The notes under the pieces are model-generated. The model saw only the letters and a list, made by a program, of their open reading frames with translations, searched no databases and was not told the origin of the DNA. From Phoronis australis (taxonomy: Eukaryota; Animalia; Phoronida), in the NCBI GenBank assembly GCA_002633005.1, contig NMRA01000275.1:250732-314731 (forward strand): a DNA stretch of 64,000 bases, in the 5' to 3' direction. Shown here piece after piece: positions 49,501 to 60,170 of this stretch. Both the position numbers and the translations under genes were made by a program. Position 1 is the first letter of the stretch. Every line of letters begins with the position of its first letter.

Positions 49501-52040
49501 TAATCACACCAGTGTTCAGTAATTTATCGTTTTAACATTTTTTTTTGTTTTTGTGACATAAACGCATTGCTTTTCTGGACAAGAGTTGGATATAAATAGG
49601 AGCCATAAACAGAAACCAAACTGAAAAGTTCTCAGTTGTTTCAGCCCTACTAAAACCAACTCTTTATTATTTCAGGCCATTTGAAAGAACAGTTACTATG
49701 CAGAAGGACAGCACTGGCCATATTGGATTTGTGTTCAAGGACGGCAGAATAGATGCCATCGTCAAAGACTCATCTGCCGCAAGAAATGGTGTTCTTGTAG
49801 ACCACCAGCTGTGTGAGATCAACGGTCAGAATGTTCTGGGTCTGAAGGTATGTCAACTGGGTTTTATTGAGGTGCATTAAAAGCCCATGCAGTGCCATTT
49901 TGTATTGCGAGTTCACGCTTAGATCGACTGCAGTAGAATCATGTACATATTTTAGTATTAACTTTTGCCTTAAAAAGCTAGCAAATGTTGCTCTCGACAG
50001 CAAAACCGATGTTGGTCTAAGCCGATGTTGGGCTTCAAAGTTGTCCTAAAAAATAAACGTAATGAGGATTGTGTGAATGTGCCGCTGAGATGAGGTGCTT
50101 TCTTTTTTTATTCATGCCTGGTATAAAAGATGGCTGCTCCTTATGACTATTTTCCTTTGCACTTTAACAAATGCTGTTATATTGGTTGTTCTAGTCAACT
50201 GATCACCAAATACCATAACAACAAAAGTATGCTTCAAGGGGCTTTAAATTGTGCTCAGCCAGGTTCTAGGGGTGTGTTTTTGAGGCTGTTTAAGTATATC
50301 TTATTAAATGGCCTTACATTTGTCACAGTACATAGTTTTGCACAGGTTTTCTTCCTGTCTCTGAAGAGTTTCCAGTTACCTGTCTGAAACTTTGTAACTG
50401 TAGTACACAGAAACATAGTCTGTTCAGTGACTGAGAAATCTTGTATAAAATTATCCACCGTGATGAACACGAGACCAGATTGTTTAATAGATTGTGTGTT
50501 CCAATGCTCAGGCTTTAAAAAACTGTTGTGGGGGGATTTTTGTAAATAAAAATGCCATATACTAGTATTAAGAAAGCTGTTTGGACAGCACCAAGCAAAG
50601 ACTGAAATTACATTGTGTCATTTACATTATATTGTATTTGTATTCAAGGACAAAGACATCTTAGCGGTTATTGGCACAGCCCCAAGGACAGTGACCATTA
50701 CAATCCTTCCATCGTTCATCTACAAACAGATCATTAAGTGGTGAGTGCATGTTTTTTTAACATTTTTAAAACTCACGTATGTATCTTCAGGTGGTAACAC
50801 TATGGTGTGTTTGTTCTAACATAACGTTTTAATGAGCATTTGAACTCAGACCTGCATAGCTCTAAGCTATCTGTTTTGCCAGTGTGGTTCTCATCCAATG
50901 CATTTTTAGCTGCGAGCTCTCACCCCTAGCCTTTTCCATCAAGTTTTAAGGACTGGTTTGTCTTAAGGACAACGTCGATACAACCTTGTGGTTTAGAACC
51001 AGCTGTTCTCTGTTGAAGTCGCCACAAAAAACGGGTTACTCACACCAAACCTCATTAAAACATCTACTAGTACAAGTGATGTTATTTTTCGTGTCTGCCG
51101 ACTACAGTAAACCTGCTGTCGGAAGGTAATTTTTGATTTAGACCACTCACCATTACAGAAACTATCATTCCCAAACAACCCCATACTCTGGACAGCTGAT
51201 ACCTTCAGTTGCTAGATCCAAGGAACTTCCCTGTTTTTTTTTGTCAGGTTCAATCTCATCAACGTGGGCTCTGTCCCATTCAATTGTGTCATCTGTGATT
51301 ACTGACTTGTTCACACTTTGTCATAGTCATGACAAGATATTTTGTACACACATTGACATTTGTTGAGATCAGATAATTCATTTCGCAACTATTTCGTCCA
51401 CTTTCACAAAGTTTCTTATATTGTAGACAACCAACTTCATTAGCATGAAAATGTAAGAAGAGCATGGCCACTGCTGTATTCCTTTTCAAATTGCCATGGG
51501 CCCAATGATGAAGGGCTAAAATATAATCTTTCATACATAGTCCACAGTGTTTCAATTTTCCCCGTCATTTGACCATCCCACCAAATGACAGAGCTAAATA
51601 ACTGCAAAGAATTTAAAATAGCAGCAACAGCAAAATCGCACTACTTTAAATCTGTATCCATGTCACTGAGTGATTTGAATGGTGTTGCTATTTATCCAAA
51701 AAATCTCCATTTAGTGACAGACAATTTAAAGAGGAGTCGACTATGCTATGCGACTCATATTGACTTGTACACAAAAACATTCTTAATATCTGTTCTCCGC
51801 ATGACAAGTCTCGTTCGCACTACTGAAAATGTGGTAGGACCTTTCATCAGTTGGAATCAAATATTTATCAGCAGAGCATAGGCAGCAAATCGGAAGAGAA
51901 TTAGCTACATATCTGAAATTAAGCTGTAAAGTATTCTAGTTAAATGTAGTCTCCTGGTGTCACAGTGTTTTATTTTTTGTTGCAGCATGGGTGAAAGTTT
52001 GATCAAGAAAGTAATGGACCACTCAATCCCTGATGCATAA
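43508..52040 (+). CDS. SDCBP: Syntenin (syndecan-binding protein, two PDZ domains), 6 coding exons, 300 aa
   Basis: Exons 43508-43558, 47951-48307, 48665-48840, 49676-49847, 50649-50740, 51986-52040 total 903 nt. Starts [13 protein letters not shown]; PDZ1 [13 protein letters not shown]; PDZ2 [12 protein letters not shown]...KDSSAARNG; ends MDHSIPDA*. Confidence 0.97.
43848..46209. mobile_element. hAT-like non-autonomous element with 5-bp TSD, hosting the nested pogo-like copy
   Basis: ccggcccgtagccag ... ctggctacgggcctg, flanked by ctctt on both sides. Confidence 0.8.
44478..45929. mobile_element. Non-autonomous Tc1/mariner-pogo-like DNA transposon, copy 2 (nested)
   Basis: ctgtaaactctcaggttaac ... 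gttaaaccgcgagtttacgg-TA; long homology to copy 1. Confidence 0.85.
46845..47240. mobile_element. Same foldback family, partial palindromic copy
   Basis: Arms ttccaactcgaacaaatactccc...cagttcccaaaatcgg mirrored around a central acgtca. Confidence 0.75.
47254..47573. mobile_element. MITE with imperfect TIRs
   Basis: tgttgcagcccaaactgatgc ... gcataagtttaggccgcaaca; internal ccaaactga repeats. Confidence 0.6.
47951..48307 (+). CDS. SDCBP: Syntenin exon (N-terminal domain and start of PDZ1)
   Basis: cacctag acceptor, gtgagt donor; [12 protein letters not shown]...[14 protein letters not shown]. Confidence 0.95.
48665..48840 (+). CDS. SDCBP: Syntenin exon (PDZ1)
   Basis: [35 protein letters not shown]...IRDR. 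Confidence 0.97.
49676..49847 (+). CDS. SDCBP: Syntenin exon (PDZ2)
   Basis: [23 protein letters not shown]...[12 protein letters not shown]. Confidence 0.97.
50649..50740 (+). CDS. SDCBP: Syntenin exon (end of PDZ2)
   Basis: [30 protein letters not shown]; aag acceptor, gtgagt donor. Confidence 0.93.
51986..52040 (+). CDS. SDCBP: Syntenin last coding exon
   Basis: ttgcag|C ATG GGT...[11 protein letters not shown]. Confidence 0.95.
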
Positions 52041-52628
52041 ATGAATGGAATGTGGTTTGTATACATACAACATCCATCAACGTTTGTAAAATTAGTATAT
52101 TACCTTGTTTCGGAATTTTAAGTCATCAAGGCATGACTGGATCTGTAGGACTGGTGCAATATAAAAGATTGAAATGAAACCATCTGCCAAATGGGATTTA
52201 TGGAGTCGATTGTGAATACGGAGACATTTATGTTGTTTCACAAGGATAGCACGCATTGTTATGAACTTGGGATTGATTTCAGTGTTTTATCATTCTCACA
52301 AGATTATAGTATAGTGATGATTCAGTGATAAGACAGTAAAATAACACCAGTTTAGGGCACAATATGGCAGACAAGTGGAATTTTCTTTTTTTAAAAAAAC
52401 GTGTAGGACATAAATAATGTTTTGTCATGTTTTAAGTTTTGTACCGTCGCTACCATCAGACAATATTTTGAAAATGTGTGTCCATTCACAATGATAGAAG
52501 TCTTTGAAAAATGAAAAAGGCAATTTCAACTATTTTTGTCAGAAGTTGGTGATATTTTTCATAGTTGTAAGAGGGAGTGAAAATGGGCGTTGACCTGAGT
52601 TGGGCAAGTAGTGTGCGTTTGTTTATTG

Positions 52629-52995
52629 AATAAATTTATGTAATTAGGAATTATCTATGTATCATGTTTGTGATATCTAGCAACATTTTTCTTGAAAAAA
52701 ATAAAGTTTTGATTGTAAGCTAATAAAAATCTTCCCGAAATACTGATATTACTTGTCAATAATGATTTTCTCGGTTTTGTACTAGTTTTAGGCAATAGTG
52801 ATTTTGTTGTCAATGCTTACACTTACTGTTGTGTCAATGATTTATTTTTATAAAAATTAAACCATGTCGGTGTCCCGACTTAAAAACACTTGCCATGGAA
52901 TTTTAATACCTTATATTTATAGGTGTAAGTGTGAAATTGTTAAAGCAAAGATAAAATACACATGAACTTTGTATTCATCAAAAATTATAAATAAA
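52629..52995 (+). terminator. Candidate syntenin polyadenylation signals
   Basis: AATAAA at about 52629, 52700, 52722 and 52990. Confidence 0.55.
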
Positions 52996-53781
52996 GTGTT
53001 CTTGAAATTTCTGATATTTTCAAAACATATAATTTTCTGCATCTGCTACAGGCTGCGTGCTATAGTACTATAGTGCTATAGTTTGTACAGTTCATTCACA
53101 TTTTTGTAACACCATCCACACTCGGGCACCACCATGCCCATAACAGATCTGATTAAAGTCACACTGACTGCAATAGTTAAATGAAGATTCAATGTTCCCA
53201 GAATATCAACACCTTGTAACTGATCTTCCATGAATGGTCTTATTACTAGTATCATCCACTTTGCACCATGTCCACGTTGCATGTATTCTGTAGTATTAGT
53301 GCTGCAACTCCAATGGCAGAAAGTTGAATAACCTTGACAACTATCCATGGATGCATGACATTAAGTTCTTCACCCGGCCCACATCAACCAGAGACAAGCA
53401 AATGCAGAGCAAGTGGATAAAATAACTTCATTAGGTTAATTGTAAACGACTGGGCTCTTTCATTCAAATATTGGCTATTTAGTGCTATGTTTCAATTGAC
53501 TTGTCAGGTGCATCGCTTAAAAATCCCAATGTCGTGTAGTGAATTTCTCATAAAAGCCGTTTTTGTGACTAATTGGAGTAGTACAATTGCAATGCAAGGC
53601 AAGGCACAAACGAGTGTAAATGCACTCTAAAGCATATCTATGAACTTGATGTGGAGGAATTTTGTTTGATACAATGTTTTTACAGCTTATAAGACATGTG
53701 AAGGCTAAGTTGTATCAATATCAGCTTCATAACCACATAATGCTTTAAAGATATTCTCATGACCTGTTTAACTATGCACCA

Positions 53782-53911
53782 TCACCGCTTTTTAAATTTT
53801 CCAAGGAGCTTTGATGTTTTGATTTTTTCAATGTCTGTTTTGCTGAGAAATTGTACTCCATCTCTGTAGGATAACACCTGACCATCGACAAATCCAAGTT
53901 CTTTCTTGATT
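53782..53911 (-). CDS. C1orf131: Last coding exon of a C1orf131/DUF4602-like protein
   Basis: tttcatttcag acceptor; IKKELGFVDGQVLSYRDGVQFLSKTDIEKIKTSKLLGKFKKR* resembles the recalled C1orf131 C-terminal motif GQVG.FKNG.LILS..DI.KI. Not database-verified. Confidence 0.7.
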
Positions 53912-54425
53912 CTGAAATGAAATACAATAACAATTACACTTCTCTTTTATTATGAGCGAGACCAATTTGTTCACTTGAAGCAAGTAATATTCCATTTCTG
54001 TCATTTGGAGGGTGCTTTGCTAAAGCTTATTGATGCAATCAGGCTAGTGCAATTGCTCAAAAAAGTTACGAACTCTGAAAAAAGTCCTAAGATGCATAGG
54101 CCCATATTAGAAGTATTGAGTATTTCTCAGAAAACTTGATTAGGTGCTGTACATTGACATAGGTTCAAAAATTCTTGGGCATTTGACTTTGCATAGTGTT
54201 TTTTTGCGTTATATTATTATTATTATTGTATTTTCAATTAGGGTAGCCCCATCAGTTCTCACTGCTTTCCATGGTGGCCCTTAGTCAAAATATACAAATA
54301 CATTTAGACAAACAAACATAATCACAAAATGAAAAACAAGATTTAAATAATCAATGTAAATACTCAGTACTTTCTTGTCAATCAAAATAGAAATTGAGTC
54401 AACAACTAGTGTAACCGATAACTTT

Positions 54426-56212
54426 AAAACAAGAGCAACGCAAAGCGTTGAAATGCGCCCACGAATGCACCACAAACGATGTACTTCTAAGGGTGTTTAT
54501 ATCATCATAAATGTCCATTAGATGACACAGAATACATTGAACCATCTGAAAATGGGAAGCAGTTGTCGTCTCTCAAAATAATTTGCCAAATTTTATGAAA
54601 ATCCGTCAATCGAAGAATTCCAAAGATACAAAGGCAAACGCAAAAAATAAACTGCCATTATGAACCATAGCAGTAGTCGAATCTGTCCACCTGCTGTTAC
54701 AGTAGTTAATAGGAATACATAAGTAAAATTTCAAAAACATCTTGCAAGGGGTTTAAACGATACAGCCGTAGATGCGAAAAATGCCACTAGGAGGCTGCAC
54801 AGTAGTTGGACGCGTTTGAAAATCCATGTCCGTCATGCTCTTGTCAGTAGGAACACATCTGCCAATTAGTGCAGAATACTTCAAATCCATCACAAAAAGA
54901 TACAAGGTGCTGTCGTCTTCATAATAGATATTTGTTTGCCCAATTTCATGTAAAAACATCAAGGAACTCTGCCGGTACTGAGAAAACCGTAAAAATAAAA
55001 TTGTCACCAGGGACCTCAGCTGTAGTCGGATTGGTCAAACTGGCCGTCATCCATTTTCATAGGAACATACCTGCTATCTTGCAAAGGGTAAAGGAGGGAG
55101 ATACAGCCAAGGACGCAACAACATAAAATTGCCACTACGGGGTGCCAGAATAATATATCATGTCCAAAAATCAACATCAGCCGCAGTCTTAACATCAAAA
55201 ACACATCTCCAATTTTTAATAATGATCCTTCAAGCAGTTTGGTGGATGGAGAGGGTAAAGTCAAAAAACGTACTCAAAATTTTTTATAGTGGCCACCATG
55301 TGGCGCAGAATATGTCAAATCTGCCCAAAAATGAAAAGACGTCGTCATCTTCTTAATAGAAACCTATTTGCAAAATTTCATGATGTCGAAACTATTCAAA
55401 AACAAGAACCTGTTGACTCTTTTATAATACGTTAAATCCATCCAAAAATGGCAACATGTCATCGTTTCTTTAATACAAAGCTATCTTCCAAATTTCATAA
55501 AAATTCGTCAAGGAACTTCAGAGAAACAAGGTTAAAAATACAAAACTAAAATTGCCACTTGGGACACATCACCAGTCGGATCCGTCCGTTGTCAACTTCA
55601 TATAAATACACTTGCCAAACTTAATAAAGATTCCGCAGAGCTCTTAAGAGATACACCCATGAGTGCAACAAAATGCCACTAGGAAGCGCCACATTAGTCG
55701 AAGACATTAGAAAAGCATCGTCAGCCATCCTCTTCACAGTAAGATCATGTACGCCTAACCTATATGCCTATTTTCTCAATCCCTCTTAGAGCGGTTTGGC
55801 TGATAGAGAGGCTGACGCCAAAAAAAAAAAAACTCGAAAACAGTAAAAATGACTAATGGGTAGTGCAAAATACCTTGAATCCATCAGAAAACGGGAGGAT
55901 AGCATCATCTCACTGATAGATGCCTATCTTCCAAATTTTGTGAAGAGATCCGTAGAGGACCTTTCAAAATACAGAGGTAAACATAAAAAATTAAAATTGC
56001 CACTAGAGGGAACACCGGTAGTCAGATCCATCCAAAAGTTCGCTCATGGCATCCCATTCATGAAAGGAATATCTGCAAAATTTAATGAACATACATCGAA
56101 GGGTTTTGGAAATAGAACACCAGACAGACGCCGAACGGACGTCGGATGGATGCCGGATGGATGGAAGTGACGGCGTAATGCGCCCATGTGTAAATATGTG
56201 AGTGCATAAAAA
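54426..56212 (-). mobile_element. Same HINE-like family, apparently full-length (about 1.8 kb)
   Basis: Hairpin caacgc-aaa-gcgttg and sub-terminal atgcgcccac at one end; GGAC/GGAT microsatellite and atgcgccca...gtgagtgcat-aaaaa at the other; diverged tandem units between. Confidence 0.8.
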
Positions 56213-58159
56213 GTCTCCTACGCGTTATTCAAATATCCGCACGTGCACCTTAATTCAAGTACCGATGCTGCTTCATACACAAGCCCATGTCATGCTCTGT
56301 GTACTGGATATACATGAAATCTTATGTGACATTTATTCATACACAAATACTATGGAATGCACAATTTTATTAAGCACCCACTTTTGTGCCATGAATATGT
56401 TACAACAGGAGTCAGAGCTCTTCACAACCTGTATTGACTCGTGGCAGTAGCATGGCTGAATTCTGCTTTGACGAGTTTTTCTCACTTGCGTTAGGTTTGA
56501 GAACCTGAGCAAGTTTAAACTTTCAGGCAATTAGTTATCGGAAATTTGAACTTTCGAGCCTATTGAAACTGTGTTTAATTGGTACTTTTCCTAGTTACTT
56601 GATTTTGAAACAATTTTTAAATTTTCCGAATTAAAGGTGTTTAGTTGGTGGACCGCGCTTGCAGAAGTGAAAAGATCAAGTTACGCAATAGAAAGGTTCA
56701 TTACTGAACTAAACATGGCGCAATGTTAATATATGCTGTGAATCATGATAAGTCATACACACAACAAAGAATTCCTTGCTTCAACAGTTATGCTCGTTTC
56801 ACCAAAAACGTATCTGTTCAAATATGCTCGTGACTCCGTACTGGACAATTTTTACACCAAAAGTGTTCATAACTATTCACAAAAGTTTGAAATAACTGTT
56901 CATTGAAAGCATCTCTCAACTGATAAATATATACCACCGTACTGCCTGTCAAAAAACCCGACTGTTGCCGACAGGTGGATGTGCTGCAAAGTCAGAACGG
57001 TCACCAAGTGTGCAAGAAAACAACGCGCTACACTGACTAGCAATATAAATTCTATGGTCCCTTCCATAAGACACAGACATGCTTCGGAACATCGTGGCAA
57101 AAACAGATGTTCCCTTCTTTCAGAAGCTATTTTCTTTCCAGCTCGGAATATGCATCCTCTCAAGCTTTGCCATTTTTGCAAAAGTATGTATTTAGCCAGA
57201 ATTAAAGAAAATAAACCACAGAAGTTGTTGCTTATAGTTTTAGCCGGCGATGATGAATATCGATAGAAGAAGCCTTGCGATTCGATATCTTGCTATAATA
57301 TTAGATTGAATCCGCACAAGTTTCCGACTTCGGAGCTCACATTATTTAGTTAAATATTATGAATACGTATTTATATTTTCTAATTTAAAAATATTCTTGC
57401 ATTTATATTATTAGCTTATGACAAAGTGAGTAACAACTCAGTAAATAACCTGCTTCAAATTAATTTTTGTGTATTTTTGCCTGGTCTTGCGTACTACAAG
57501 CTAAATTTCCGTACGAATCCACATTTTTGTGTACGGTACAAGGGTCTGATTTTAACACTAGTTCACCAACAGTCAATGTACAAAGACCCCATGGTGTAGA
57601 CTCGGGCATGCTCATGAGTATTGTGTCTGAATCTGATTTGGAGAACATTGTGTTCATCATTTTTGTGTGACAATACAAGAATTACACTTAACGGCGTAGT
57701 GCTAGTAGTTGCTCAGTGACAGTACAGTCATCACTTGGACGTGGACCCGAAAGCCAGTTGACAAAACCAAATGATGCTAGGTAGAATAGTGCAAGTTAAT
57801 TTGCTTAGAACTGCCCTAGGCTATTTGACTGTGACACTAACACAACTTGTCAAATTTCAAAAACATCTTTCCATACATTTAGCAGTGAGTTGAGTAATCA
57901 TAAATTAAATTTGCCATTTTTGAGAAACTCCACAACAAATCACCTGTCTCTTGGCACAGGCTTGGTCATGCAATTAGAACCACGAATCTTCACATTAGAA
58001 GAATAGATAAACTGATTAAGAAGAAGCAGTCAACTTTTTGTTCATACTAGTAACATAATACATGAAATGAAAAAGTTTACTTGACCTCACCTTGAAAGAT
58101 TTCCTAACAAAAGCACCCACTTGGATACTTTGCACAACACAAAAAGACAACTTTCTTGC

Positions 58160-58217
58160 CAACTCTCTCCTTTCCCTTAAATTTCTTGTTTTTCAAGTTC
58201 AGACCATGTTGTCTAGC
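58160..58217 (-). CDS. Probable penultimate exon of the C1orf131-like gene (donor site unresolved)
   Basis: tcttacag acceptor; only one open frame, ARQHGLNLKNKKFKGKER, Lys-rich like the expected segment; 3' boundary uncertain. Confidence 0.5.
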
Positions 58218-58830
58218 CTGTAAGATAAAGAACAGTAAAATAGTTAAGAGCATTACACATTATCAAGATGAAAGCGCTCAAGAGAGTGGCACTTGGCGAA
58301 AGTGATAAATGATGATAATCAATGGTGAATGACGAATTGCTGATATAAATGATTAGCAAACATTAGATAGTAAACCAAGTTAACAAAGAAGCAGCAGAGA
58401 GCTAGTCCATAAAGGAGGAGTCTTCAGTAAATCTCAAATAACTGGCCTGCTTCTGATGAAGCTCACACACTAAGTTTCAGAAAGATCCATAAAAGGATCG
58501 TGAAGCTACTGCTTTCAGAAGAGAAAAATAAAAAATATCAGCAACTCCTCTTTCTTGCATTGAATTGCCACCAAAATATGACTTGTGCTGTCGACAAAAC
58601 ACATTTCACTCAACCTTTTCATGAACTCATTTCATTTTGAATTCGCTAGTATACAATTCAATAGCATCTTTACACCCTTCAACAAAACAGCTCAAATATT
58701 TTTTTTAAATTACTTTGCTATTGAAACTGATCTCTAACACTGGACCATAACATCATCTGCTATTTCTTCCACATCACTTGCCCAGACTAAACTAGCAGAT
58801 GCCATTTTTTGCAGTTTCTAAAACATAGGA

Positions 58831-59395
58831 CAGTGGCGAATCTAGGATATCACAAGGGGCCCCAACATTTTGTCTGTAAACATTTGCTCTAAGGACGAAT
58901 GTATATGCGCATAGCACCGAATGNNNNNNNNNNNNNNNNNNNNNNNNNNNNNNNNNNNNNNNNNNNNNNNNNNNNNNNNNNNNNNNNNNNNNNNNNNNNN
59001 NNNNNNNNNNNNNNNNNNNNNNNNNNNNNNNNNNNNNNNNNNNNNNNNNNNNNNNNNNNNNNNNNNNNNNNNNNNNNNNNNNNNNNNNNNNNNNNNNNNN
59101 NNNNNNNNNNNNNNNNNNNNNNNNNNNNNNNNNNNNNNNNNNNNNNNNNNNNNNNNNNNNNNNNNNNNNNNNNNNNNNNNATAGTTCCGTTACGATTGCG
59201 CCGTGTTCCGAATTTGACACTTGAAATTGGATCAACACTAAAACTGCACACATTTAAATCTTCTTTCAGCCGTATAATTTCAATTACCGGGATTAGTTAA
59301 TAAACTCAACATTTCCCGACGCTCTTGCTGTTTTATTCTTTTTTTGCGGTAGCCAAGGGGGGGGGGGGTCCTGGGCCCCCCTAAATCCGCCTATG
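58831..59395. mobile_element. hAT-like MITE with 5-bp TSD spanning the assembly gap
   Basis: cagtggcgaatctagg ... cctaaatccgcctatg, flanked by tagga on both sides. Confidence 0.8.
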
Positions 59396-59675
59396 TAGGA
59401 ACAGTAATTAATGTTGAGTTACTCGTCTGTTTATACAAAAGTCCAGCGCATACTAGAGGATAGTTCAAGTTACATTCTCTGTTTTATTTAAGAAAAATTA
59501 ATTCCATACTTCCATTGATGTAAGTACCAGCCGATTCGTCTCACCTTTACAACATACATTGTGTGTTGTTCAATGCTAGTGTAATGATTTCGGGAAAATT
59601 TCACAGACCTGAAAACTTTGGATGGTGGGTCCACTGAACACTAGAGTTTGGAAGTTTAGGATGAACACTGCATTT

Positions 59676-60170
59676 TGAGGGAAAATTCGTTCAAAAATCG
59701 GGATTCCTATAACGCGCAAGCTTGTGCATTATAGGAATCTGACTCTGATAGACATTTAAAGAATATCTGAGGGAAAACACGTTCAAAAATCGAGATTCCT
59801 ATATTGCGCAAGACTGCGCGCTACAGGAATCTGAGCCAGATAGGCGTTTTAAAGAATATTTGAGGGAAAACTCGTAAAAAATCGAGATTCCTATATTGCG
59901 CAAGCCTGCGCGTTATAGGAATCTGAGCCTGATAGGCATTTTAAAGAATATTTGTGTGAAAACTCGTAAAAAATCGGGATTCCTATAACGCGCAAGCTGC
60001 CGCGTTATGGGAATCCGAGCCTGATAGGCGTTTTAAAGATTACTTGAGGGAACATTCGTTCAAAAATCGGGATTCCTATAGCGCGCAGGTTTGCGTTATT
60101 TTAAGAGAAAAACCGTTCAAAAATCAAAATTCCTATGACTGTTAAGGCTGTTCCATATAAGAATCTCATG
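59676..60170. repeat. Tandem repeat, about 92-bp unit x 5.5, each unit with a palindrome of about 40 bp
   Basis: Units start at 59676, 59768, 59861, 59953 and 60045; core gattcctataacgcgca-agc-(t)gcgcgttataggaatc. Confidence 0.92.

Noticed and set aside
53076-53348. 90-aa minus-strand ORF
   Set aside because: Within the presumed C1orf131-like 3' UTR; no recognisable domain or splice support.
58792-59300. Long ORFs in the ORF track
   Set aside because: Artefacts of the N gap.
59676-60170. Palindromic repeats plus spacers resembling CRISPR
   Set aside because: The inter-palindrome segments are homologous to each other, so this is a tandem repeat.
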